DNA from: Marsupella aquatica
Taxonomy: Eukaryota; Plantae; Marchantiophyta
Length of the DNA: 64,000 nucleotides
NCBI GenBank assembly: GCA_973895155.1
Contig: OZ316891.1
Location: forward strand, 23,373,899-23,437,898
Reading direction: 5' to 3'
This document shows, piece by piece, positions 23,401 through 35,624 of the stretch. The first letter of the stretch is position 1. Each line of letters starts with the position of its first letter. The notes beneath the pieces are model-generated. The model ran no database searches. It was not told the DNA's origin and worked only from the letters and a program-made list of their open reading frames with translations. The translations under genes were made by a program, and so were the position numbers.

Positions 23401-26219
23401 AACTATTGAGTATTTTAATCTTCATATCTCTTGGGTTCTTTAATGACTCTATAAGTAGTCATTTATGCAATAAGTCCATAATGACTATATGTTATTGTAA
23501 ACATTGATATATCGTGATTTTTAGATTGACCCTATATTTAGTCATTTATGCAACAAGTCCATAATGACAGTATGTTGTTGTAAACACTGATATATCCTAG
23601 TTTTAGTATTGACTCTGGAGTTAGTCATTTATGAGAGAAGTCCATAATGACGGTATGTTCTTATAAATACTGATACATGTCCTAATTTCAAGATTGACCC
23701 TAGGGTTGGGGTATTTACATAAGACAGGAAACAGGAAAATAGGAAACCCAAAACAGGAAACGATGACAAGAAACAGGAAACCAAATATAGAAAACTTCAG
23801 CAAAGAATGCCCAAAATTATTTAGGTGTGAACAAAGAACTTGACATTCAAAACAGGACGTTTAGAAGATTTGAGTCAAATGCACAAAAAATGGTCAAGAA
23901 TAGCGCCAGGCGCTCGTTTAAAAAGCTTATGGGAACTGTACATTTAAAACCATTTTGACCGCTATCCGTTAGCGAATAGCAAATCCGTCCCAAAGAACAA
24001 AAACTCATGTACAAGAAGATATCAAAGAATGTGCAGCATCTCGGTCGGGCAAGTGATCACGCTAGCGCCTGGCGCTAGTCCTTTCGGTTGTGGAAGAACC
24101 GTTGTCGTCCTCAATGCCAGCCTTAGATGTGGTTGTGTTGGGAGTAAAACCGTTCTCACCATCAATGCCAAGGATGGCATTCTCCTCACACCTCTTTGGC
24201 AGAGGCGGGTAACGACAAACCAAATCCAACCAATTTGCACATCCGACGCCAATCCACAATCCACGAAGTCTTGTGATAGAAAATTAATTTACTAATATGG
24301 TAGTGCCAGGCGCTTACAAAAGTTCAAAATGATCCGAGGTGTCCACCCCGTAAACCAAAGGATCGCAAAATTCAAAAAGCAACGCGTATCGCGCATCCTA
24401 TGCCTATTGCTTGATACTATCGAGACGATAAACTAGCGTCACTTGTTAGATCTATAGACAAGCGATGACAAAAATGGCTAAGACATGTATCAAATAATCT
24501 GTAAGAGATAGATCAAATAAGCTGTAGCCATATGCAAGACACACCCTAAACTGAACTCATCAACACATTTTGCAAACTACGCAATGTCCATTGTGAAGGT
24601 GACCATACTAGCGTCGGGCGCTAGTCCACTCATTCGTAGATGAGCCACAATCGTCGTCAATTCTAGCTGTAGATTGGACTGAATCAGGAACGAAACCATG
24701 CTCTCGGGTCCTGATGTAAGAGGCAGATGGACTTTGCTCGTCACCGCTTCGGGGAAACACGCCAGGAACGGTGGTGTTCTGGAAATCTACACGGCCAAAT
24801 TCTTCCTGTTTCCTCATTTCATCCTCCCGAGTTGGACTATGGGGAGGAGGTGGCCAGTGAACAAAAAACCTTTTCGCAAACCTCCTTGGCAAAGAAATTC
24901 TTAGCCACGGGATCAGCGTTTCACCAGGACTAATCGCTTTGTCTTGCGGAAGGTTGAAGCGGTTGCGGAAGGCACTTGTTTCCAACCATTCGGGCTGTTC
25001 AGTCACGGGAACCAAACTCTCTTCCAAAATGATCGTACTGTGTCTTTGAAAGTAGGCTGCGGAGATTCTCTGGGGATTATCCATGGCAGGTCATCAAAAG
25101 ATCTCGAACACAATCAAAAGTGGAAAGCACTATAAGATGATAATGGCGGATCACACTGAGAACTGATGCAATACAGGGCATTCAGGACATAATCGCTCAA
25201 AGTTTATAGGGATTAGGGTGTAACCTTGTGGCGACCTGAACCGCCCGCTCCATCCGAAAATGGTGGTAGCACCCTCAAACTCCCGTTATGGTCTAAAAAG
25301 GAAACGGCCGATTCAACATGAAACGGGCGTTTTCACCACACATGACCATCGCGGCAGACCAGACAAAATATTAACGGGAAATTTGACTGATGTCATCCAA
25401 AAGGTACGGGAGTACCAATGTACCAGCATCATGACCGTTATACAATTATAGTAGGGCGCTACTATAATAGAAAGTGTACTTCGAGCGGACACTCCATGGT
25501 TACAACTGACATATAATATTTTTATTGTGCAGTATTTCTGGCATACATTTGGGTAGCGCCCGGCGCTAGCATAGTTGCACTAAAAAATACACCCAAATTA
25601 ACAACAGAGATCCAAGTTAATTTGAGCACTCCGATTCACTGGATTCGGACTTGTCGGTAGATTGTGCCTTGATGTCTAAAAATTTGCTCTTGGCCATATC
25701 ATCCACAAATCGGTTCCGCATAAATTTTCTATCAGACCCCCTCCTTAATCTCAAGCCTTTATTCCTTAAATAATCCTTTACTCCCATACAACTCCGCATT
25801 AAACTTCTTACAATTCCCACGACACACCTACTCGTGTTTATTTTATTGAGCGCCAACTGCAATACAGGTATCGCTCTTCACATCAGATATCAATCGCTAG
25901 AGAGTCACAAACATTGGAAGCAAAGTGAACACCGATACCTGTATCGAAAGTGCCTTTTAGAGCAGGAGTCCAAAGGCCATCAAGTCGGTGGATTTCCCAA
26001 AATTTTGTCGCATGGAACTTGGAGTTTATGGGCTCATCGGTTTTGGGATTCTTTTTGGGTTGGTGTGTTGCTCGGTTTGGGCAGAGTCTCCCTGGTTTGA
26101 TGGCTTTTGGCTTGGCTTTTGGCTCTTTTCAGGTGAGGGATTGATCAGGTAAAGGATTAGATTACTTAGCATAAATGCTCTCTTTCCCAGAGATTCTGAT
26201 TGGCCTGGGCCCTGGTGGT

Positions 26220-29200
26220 TGTGACACGGGCAACGTATCACTTAACCGAACGCAGGTCCTAGATTAGGACTTATACGGTCATTAGGACCGTAGCCGTAGT
26301 GTAGAATAGCACGAATAGCCATCTTTGCCATTATGAATAGATTACGGGTAGGTTAGTTGATCGAATGATTACAAATTAAGGTAGAGGATTATTACGCTTG
26401 ATTGCGGTATGGTGGCAGCGGTGGAGTAAAAATCCGTTAGGAGAATCACGCTTGGACCAAGACACCGACTTCAGCTCATTATCAACGACCAAAACAGCCT
26501 TGAGAATGGCCTTTCCCTCTCACGCTCAAGCTCACCCTGGCACCTCCATAAGAGCAAAGTCGATGGAGCTGCGGGCCATTTGCTCATTTCTACCTTCAGA
26601 ATTTGCAGACGCTGCCATTCTCTCGCCTTTTTGCTCAAATCAAGCTGACCTTTACGAGGAGATCATCGAGGGATAAGAGCGGATTGTGGCAAGATTTAGT
26701 CAGGGCAAGTAAGGCCTCCACCAGTAAGCGGACCGGCCGGGCGGGAATGCGGACTCGGCGAACCAGACTACAAAGGTTAGTATGACCCTTACAACCTTGG
26801 GATTCTGGACCTTGTTTGGCGAGGTAGGTGCTAAGTTCTCCAAGACTTACTGGTACTCTTGTCCCAAGAAAGCCGCTTACAAAAGAAGATACGCATACGG
26901 CTTAACTTCATACAGACTACCCTACACATGATTGAGCCACAATCTGAGATCTCCCTCTACACGATCGTACAGGTGGAATAGTACAAACGGCAGAACTGGG
27001 CCCAATTCTTTTACCGTAGGTTCTCGGGAGAGCTTAAGCGGGCTCAGGGAGGAATGGCTATTGGGGGAAAGACTTACTTGGGAAGTCATATCGCCATCAT
27101 CCTCGCTTGGTACAAGGCACGGCGGGAGGCTAGAGGAAAGAATATGGCCACCTTAGCCCCGACTAATGTCACCCCCACTCCAGAGGAGGCATCCCCGAGC
27201 GAGCGGACTACCGTGCCTCGGGCAAACCCCAAGCCGGAGGCCCCAACTAATACTCCGTCACCCCCTCTTGGTGAAATTCCATCACCCCCTTCCGTCGAGC
27301 CTTCGCTACCTGCAATACAACCACCCCCTATCCCTCCACCACCTGAAGAAACCTTCCCCTCCCTAGTGCAGACTACGGAGGAGCTCACCACCCCGCCTGA
27401 GGAACCACCGGTGCCCGAGAGGATGGAGGACTACCAAGTAGCCCTGGGGAGCATGGCCTACGCCTTGGTCTAGAAGTTTAGTCAGACTCTGTCAGGGGAG
27501 CTAGCGACGTACATTGGACAACAAGTCTCAGCGTACTTTCAACCAGCCTTCTTCATGTTAGAGCACCAACCACGGATCGTAAGCCGCTTGGAAGAAGAAC
27601 TCATGGCAAAGGGGAATGAGATCGGGCGCCTCCAAATGCTGGTAGAACACCTCGAGGAGGAGGCCACTACCCGCCGTGAGGAGTTAGTCTGCACCGTCAA
27701 ACAACGGGATGGACTAACCCAGGAGTTGAGCGGGGTGCAAGTGGATCTCAAGAAGCTGGATGACACCGTGCTTCAGTTGTGCTCGGAATCCTCGGCTCGG
27801 GTTACCAGCCTGACCGACCTCAACAACCAATTCCTACAAGCAGCTCAGCAGGTGGCTAGTCTCTCTACCAAATGAGATAAATTGCTGGCGCAGGACCAGA
27901 CCCATCGTGACTCCATCGACCAGCTCAACCTAGAGGTAGCACGGCTCCAGACAGAGGCCGATGAAGCTGCAAACAAGGCGGAGGAGGCGGTGCGGGACAA
28001 CAAGGCCTTGCAGGACCACGTTACCCTGCTCGTCCTCCAATGGGGAAGACCAGGGCCCACCCCTGATCAAGGCGGCTCGAGGTCTCACCCCAACAGGGGG
28101 ACAAACCCTGATCCGACCACAGCACGCACATAAGGGGTGGTTAGCGGAGGGTGTGAGCAGGCACCGCGCCGGGCAGTTGAGTCAGCAACATCTTTTTGAT
28201 TAGGCTTAACAACAAAATAGCTATCATTAGGCACCGATTAGCGGCACAACAGGAAGAAATAGGACAAGATCAGTTAGGATCAGTCGATGTAGGATAGAGT
28301 CCATCAACGGACTAGATTGTGGTCAGTAGACTTAGCTGCTGCCACCCCGGTCAGCGCCCTTGCCGCCGACGGTCAACCGGTCAGAGGAGTGTGGCCGGCT
28401 AGTCAGAAGGTAGTTAGTCAGTAGGCATTACCCCGGAAGGTAGTATCTTCTGGTTCCTTTCCGCAACCGTAGTATTTAGGCTTCCCCTTCCGCAATGGGA
28501 GGGGGGAGAAGGCTTAGTTACTTATTTCAGCATAAGAAAAGGCGAGGCACAGGGAGTCCCGGCCTGAGCAGGGTCAGAGTGCACTAAGGAGTGAGAGCCA
28601 GAGTCAAGCTTGTTGGGCAAGTGCGGGGCGGGGCCTCGTAGAGACTGGGCATCGACTGCCGTTGGGCCTGCTGACCCCCTTAGAAGTTGAGTCAACTATG
28701 TAAACCGATTCTTCGCTGAGTAAATATAGTCTTTCCCTCTAATGTTTCCGCGAGTAACTGGTGTTGTGTGTATGCTTTGTCTGCGCAAAGGCGCCATTTC
28801 AAGGGACGTACCGGGTGCCGACTAATAGTGGGGATTGCCACCCATTGCATGTCACAAGGTTCTGTCGCGTCGATGGCTTGAAAGCCCCAAGCCGGGAGTT
28901 AGTCCGAGTCACTAACTGTGGGAATTCCAGCGGTGGAAAACAAATATACCTATGATTAGTACGAGTTGCGTAAGTGTTATACCAGTAAGTATATTGCCTT
29001 AGCCTGACTTAGGGCTAATCGAGGCCACTACACACCTCCTTGCCCAAACCCTCACCCCTACTGGTGGCCCTGGGCCCTCACTAAGGGAAATGTAATGAGA
29101 CATACCTCTGACTGAAGGCCCCCCAGGTACCCCTTGTTATATTTTGGAAGAACATTAAAATGTATCTTGTTCGTTCTAAAAAGAATTTTCAGTCCTATAT

Positions 29201-29376
29201 AAAACTTACCTATGTTATTGTAATCAAATAGATTTGGGGATTTAAAACACCCTTCACTTGTTATAAAAAAATCTTTTGCGAAGAGATTCAATCATGAATG
29301 CACATTTTATTTAATGTACCATTAGGTCGCCCCATGGAACTAAACTGGATTTAAGGCCCGGGTTAGGGGCGCGGCA
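26220..29376 (+). mobile_element. Decayed giant solo LTR related to 17456-21450, opposite orientation
   Basis: Starts TGTGAC, ends GCGGCA; flanked by GTGGT at 26215-19 and 29377-81; 28925-29050 resembles the reverse complement of 17520-17640; contains homologous ORF remnants. Confidence 0.65.
26800..28133 (+). pseudogene. Fragmented homolog of the 18410-20719 LTR-borne ORF
   Basis: MAIGGKTYLGSHIAIILAWY vs LYIGGKAYFASHIEIILEWY; EVARLQTEADE vs EVARLQTEAEK; interrupted by stops. Confidence 0.8.
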
Positions 29377-31324
29377 GTGGTTCTGTCGGGCCTGGTGGGA
29401 TGTCCTTTCCCTCTATCTTTTATACACAAGCTGTAGGGGTTGTCGTGCTGTGTTGGAGTTTTGTTCTGCCATGGTGACGACAATTATGCCGTTGGCACCA
29501 TTCTTTTGTGGTAAGTTTTGGTTCTTTGTTAGGTTGGTGGGGGGTTCAGTGGGCTGGTTTTCCCCTTCCCTTGCCTAGAAATTGGGCTTGTTTTGCTTCT
29601 GCCCTCCTGGCAGGGTGGAGTTTCCTTTGTTGTTCTTTACGATTCTGGTGCTATGAGTTCCCCCCGACTGTAGGGTCTTTGCAAATTTAATAATTATATA
29701 AAAAGTCCAAGGTGATTCTGTTGGTACTTTCTGGTAATCCACTAACCTTTCACTTTTCTATACTGATGTGGATAAAGATTGACATTGTCTATGCTTAGTA
29801 AAGCTGGAGACAAAAAAAATTCATGTGGAAGTTCAATAGCTTCCAAAGTAGATCAATATCAGTTATTCCAATCTCCAGTATAAGTATTAGTACAATATTC
29901 CAAGACAGAAAATGATGCTCTCATGGACCACAACGATGGTCTTTTGAAACCCCCATGGACCACATTTCCCAAAAATTGAGTTTAATTGTAATAACTTGAT
30001 GCTCATAAAATTCACTGTCACTTTTATGGAAATGTGGCTTACCTACTCCTCCAGCGCATCCTCAAAACTAAAAAATGTTTGAATTTGGCCATTTTGGTTG
30101 AATGAGTTATCCATCATGGAATGATGAGAGGTAAATTCTAGTAGAACTAATTTTCATTGTGTTAGTATGAAGTATGTGAGCTTGTGTTTTTTCAGGGCTC
30201 CTCCTTCTCTAGTTGCCTTGGAGGTGCAAAACTAAAAACAATTTAAGGACTTATAATCATCAAGTTATAAGCCCAAAACTCCCATGGACAATCAACATGT
30301 GGTCCACAAGAGCATTGTGTCCAACATGGATGTTCATTTACTTTTCACTTTCTCCAAGACGGGCTCCAAGACATCATCATAAAAAAGGTAAATGTATTGT
30401 AATAAACTGCAACTCAAATTATTTCATTGAAAGCTCAAGTTGATCACATCATCATTTTAATATGTACTAATATGGAAGTCTAGCTTGTAACACTTGCCTT
30501 CAACATGGGTACATTTAGTTCCGTGTCGGTAATCACACATCAAAATGTGGTAATATACCAACTGTGTGCATAACTAAAACAGGCTTCTGCGCTATCACAC
30601 CTGTGTCCTAGGACTCAATTTGATTGGGTATCCTCCTTTTACCTTGGGGGTAAGGGTTTCATACATTATACCCTTATCAGGTTCGGCTCTCTCATGCCTG
30701 CACAAGAAATCAAGCCAAGAACACTTAATAATGTCAAAATTGAAACCGTGGAATTTATACTTGGGTGGTAAGTTGCAAGGGTTTTTCACATATTACTACT
30801 AATTAGCAAACAGAAGTCAAGCTAGAGTTGGGTCTAGGCTTCTAGAGTGAAACCTCTAGACCCTAACTCTAGGGCCCCACCAAATGTATGCGTATGGAGA
30901 GCAGAATTGAGAATCGAATGTATGGTATATCAAAATGGATCATGCAAGTTGATTTTTGTTATCATTCTATTGCCATTCAAAGAATGAGCATTCAGGCTCG
31001 TCATTCAAAACTAAGACAGACATGTTGTGCAGTCTCATTGGTAAAGAGTATCCTGAGTTAGGTTCCTCATTTCTTTGAGGGCTAGCTATAGTCCACAAGG
31101 GTTCACAGGCCATGCCCCCCTAGAGTAAGCAGGCAAGTGAATATTGTAGAAGATCTGAGAAGAATAGAAGAGATAAAAGCTGAGAACGACATTGTGCTAT
31201 AATATTTCAACAAAATACCATTTATGACGTTCAAATATTCTACTGCCATTTCAAGCTCCAGACCTCTAGATATCCGAACGGCCATGCCAGATTCAAACCG
31301 AGAGAAACAAAGCATGCTCCGTAC

Positions 31325-33520
31325 CTGGCAACGGCGAAAGACCTCCGGATAGTCAATCAGATACTTAAGGATCCATACAAGAGTCGTCGTGGTAGTGTCA
31401 GAAGCAGCGAAGTTTATAAAAAAAAACATGTTCTCGGCAAGCGTGAAATCATCGAGATGCTTCAGCTCTTCTAGCCCTTCAGGGTCATCCCGAGCTGCCA
31501 GTAGAGCTCCGAAGAAAACGCCCTCGAAAGTCTTCTGGCCCTTCGTCGACTCAATCAGAGTTTGGAAGTATGCTACCAAATTTGCCCGTGCCTGATGAAG
31601 ACAACAATCAGCAGCCAAACGACGTATGGGCAGGAAGAGCATAAGCTTGGATCGGTTGGTGAGTCTACCTCTGGCAAGAGTAGGGACTGGATCTTCCACT
31701 TATGAAATATGGGCTCTCCCAATAATCTTCATCTATCTTTTCTGGATCGACTTAGCCAATCAAGACATCAAGGCCTTGGGGCACTAGCTTTACCAATCAA
31801 AGTGGTCGAGAGATAGCTTAGAACTGGGTCCGGACGAGGAGCCGGGGACCAGAAATGGCTTGTAGATTTCCGCGCACTTCGCCGGCTGAGAGGGTTCTTC
31901 GTAATGCAGTTCTTCCTCAGCCATTTCGGCTAGTGTCCCGTCAGTTTCTCTATTTTCTCATCAGTTCTTCCTTTTTGTCAGTTTTTTTACTTCGTTACGT
32001 TTGACAGGTGGGGCCCTTTTCCAGTTTTTGAGAGAATCCAATCAATCAAATGAGGTGTTGAGGAACACAAATGCACAGATTTGTTCCCGTCCAAAATTAT
32101 CATTCTCGACCTCGCTTTCGAATACTCCGGGAATGATTTCAGACTTGACAAAGTCTTCGTTGTTGAAATCTATCTACCTGTATCTGACTTAGCCTTCAGT
32201 TGGCCGAGCAGTGTTCAAGAGCCTCGGGCAAGATCTCAACTTCAAGTCCAAACTTGGCCTCCGGCAGGATTCAATTCCAAGTCCAAACTGCTGGCCAAGC
32301 ATCCGACAGTTTTCGTACCTTCATGCCTGTGCTAAACGTCGTTCCTGGAAGATTCACTGGCATTGCTGTCAATGTCCGCGAGGCCTTATTAAAGTCTTCC
32401 AAATTCTTCCTTCCTTGTGGTGCGCTACTACTGTAAATGTACTGATCACTCCTGATGGTTCCTATTTGCGCTTCTCATGGAAGGGAGCGAATGATCACAA
32501 CAGTCATCCAGAATTTTCTCTTACCAGGCCTGTCCAACCCCCTGATCAAGCCCTCAGTGTTAAGTAATATGGGAGGACATGTGAACGCTCAAAAGGGTGG
32601 ATTTTATTCATTTGAAACTAATAATTATGATTATTACAGGTAACAAGGGAACATTTTATAGAAAAATGGAAATAACAAGGGGTAAGAGGGAAGGAGTCCC
32701 GATCGCAGGGAGTTCACTTCTTTTACTCGGAGTGAGGACCCAGGGGTCCAACCAGTATTGACCACTTGTCCATGGTTGGATTGCATGGTGGGTCACCTCC
32801 ACTACTATACATGTCGTACTTCTTCACGTGGCATGCATGGACCACACTCCGCTGGTCATGTTTTAAAGGTGGGATATGTACACTCTGTCAGTGTACGGTA
32901 GTTTGTTATAGGCGTGAGTGTAGAGATTGTACCCTCTCATACTTGGACGCTCCACAATGCAACCTTCAAGCGCCCCAAGCTCTCCTGGAGGGTACACCAC
33001 AGTTCCAGACAGAGATCGAGGTTAGTGCAAGTCTACCGATTGAATCTTCATTTTCTGGGTCTATCTACTCACGTCGAGTAACAAGGCTGAGCGGAGTGAT
33101 CCCATCTTCAAACACTTTGCTGCCATTTCCAAAGCCAAGGAGGGGACAAATGAAGACAGATAGCCTGATCGATTTTGCGATGGGAGAAGGAAGTGAGGTT
33201 TAGGTTTAGAGGTCCATTTATAGTACATTGGCTGGTGACTCATTTCCTGTCCGATCCTTCATGCACACGGACTCAAGGTTTTAGTCCTGCCTGCATCCCT
33301 TCCCGGAGCTTCTGGCTAAATGTCAATGGCGCTTTTTGATCCTTGGAAGGAAATGGACGAGCGGGGTGATGAATCTGATGTCGAGAAGGGAATTGATTAC
33401 AGTAGGTGATACCCGCAGCACACAGGAAGCGACATGGGACTTTCCAGTGACATGAGAATCTACCTTCACAATGTGGGGTTGCGCTCTCGCAATGGCAGCA
33501 GGAAAATCTTTGAGGAACAT
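31325..33520 (-). pseudogene. Cytochrome P450 (CYP85-clan-like) pseudogene, disrupted by a solo LTR and lacking 3' exons
   Basis: GT-AG exon 32319-32430 (…PVNLPGTTFSTGMK) splices in frame to 31325-31591 (ARANL…FAASDTTTTTLVWILKYL, I-helix). The upstream exon is split by the 32531-33083 insert. No ExxR, PERF or heme motif found downstream. Confidence 0.8.
32531..33083. mobile_element. Solo LTR (553 bp) inserted in a P450 exon
   Basis: TGT…ACA termini; near-TSD AGGCC/AGGCT; removing it restores the frame KMGSLRSA-TG|GT donor in phase with the next exon. Confidence 0.65.
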
Positions 33521-35624
33521 CTGGTACTTAAAGGGCTGCCGGAGGGGAAACCCACAAATTTACGAACAAGTATTTTACAACTTGTGACTTTTCCATATTT
33601 CTTAAATTTCTTTGGTCTTCAACCCGTATGGGGAACCAATACAAAAAAGCCCGGGTATGCAACTCTTGTATAATAAGCAGGGGTCTGGATTTTTATATGG
33701 AGTAAAAAGTTGGCTATAAGAAAAATGAAAATCTCAAAAAACTTGGGTTTTCCACTTTTAAAAAGTTTGAAGTCATATAAAAGGTTTGGTTTTCTTATCT
33801 TCCACATAAAATTAAAAAATATTCCTAAACTTGTTGTATTTTTTATTAATATATTTTTAAAATTTTTAAAAATAATCCCCCAAAGCTGGCTAGTTTGGCT
33901 GTAGACCCATGTATTAAAAATATTCCTTGAGTGGATTTTAGTAGACTAATTTAATGAAATTTCATATGGTGAATTGGATATAAATTCATTATAAGGAATT
34001 AGAATCTTGCCTTATAAAAAGGGGAGTTGCATACTTGGGCAAAAAAGCTCCTGGACGGGAAAGATTCACAGCAGTTGGATTCAATTAACTATTTTCCTTG
34101 ACCATTGATGGAATAAATGTGCGCCCTGGCACATATGTGCTGCCCCATAAATACCCCGGCCCGACTCCCTATGAGCCTGCCCTCCTTGCACCATGCAAGG
34201 CACGGGCATAGGGCTTGTAGTAAATAACAATCCCACTTTGACATAATTATTGTATGTACTTAACTTTGTCCTTGGCTCCTTTCTTCACCCCCTCTTGCAA
34301 GATGTTTAATTTATAGGTTTGTCATCCGCGGGTCTTTCCATTATGAAGTCCTATGAGACTCTTTGATCCCCAAAACGCGGGCCAAAACGATGTCTCCAAC
34401 GTCGTATGTTGAGCCTCCACATACATATTCCTTAAAACATTTTTACGACGTGTAGGATGTCGTAAAGTAAGGAACCAAGTTCCTTGTAAGGTACTAACTA
34501 AGTCTTTATGCACTACTAGAGGTCGTTGAGTACTTCTCATTGGATGACATACTTAACTTGGCCACATTGATGTTGTGTTGCAACTTTGCGTCAACTTGTT
34601 TTGCAACTTTGCATTGAGTTCCCGGTTGAGTTGACGTTGTGCTAAACCTATTGTCAGGCTATGTTTAGTCGGCGGTGTGGTTGTGGGAGGATAATAAATC
34701 TAGCCATATCGCATTTTAAACTACAAAAAAGCCTCAGTGCTTGTCGCAGCCAGTGAAAGGCATCCATGAAGCTAAAATGTAGGGTAGCAAGGAGTACTAG
34801 CTTGTTGCCCATTCAACTTGTGTAAATTCTCATTCCATTCAGACACTACCTCTGTTGGTGGCCAGATTCTGCCAAGCTTACATCAACTTGCCCACAAGAG
34901 AGACTATGAAATTCATCAATGGCACGGTACCCAAATGCTGAGGTAACAGCTAAACTCGATCTTACTTTCTTACTAGTACTGGAATAGCCTACTGATAATA
35001 ATGATGAAGCTAAGTGACCATAGTTGGTCGTGCTGCATGAGAGGTTGTTGCCAAAGGATATGTCCTCAATGGTCATCCAGGTGAGATACTTCAGCAATTA
35101 TACCCACTGGCGCTTCACACGGCCACATGCAAGAAGAATAGGTAGCCTGTTTTTTATTTTGAATCGTCACAACTTGGACAACTAGGGAAAGTCACCTCGA
35201 GGGCCTCAATCCAAGGGGTTTCCCATATCACGCGAGAACTTTTGGAAGAATAAACACCCTAAAACTTAAAATTTGTTTTAGTAAATTTTTTCCCCTAACT
35301 GAATGAAATATTTTTGGAATATTCCTAAACTTGATTTTAAAAAACAATATGATTTTTATAATTTTCGAAATTGGATTAAAATAACCTAATATTCTTCAAC
35401 AAAAATTTAAAAGTATTTCACTAAACTCAATTAAAACAACACTATACTTATTCGAGCTTGATGGGTCGGAAGAAAAGAAGTGAAAACCCCAGAAAGTCAC
35501 TCCCCCATTGATACAATCCATTCTCCAAGACAGAGCAACCTGCACTATCTTACAAATAGGGCTGTTGGAATGGCTCATTCTTGAGAGTTTATATGAACCA
35601 ATTGGCAGATCCTTGGTTACCTCT

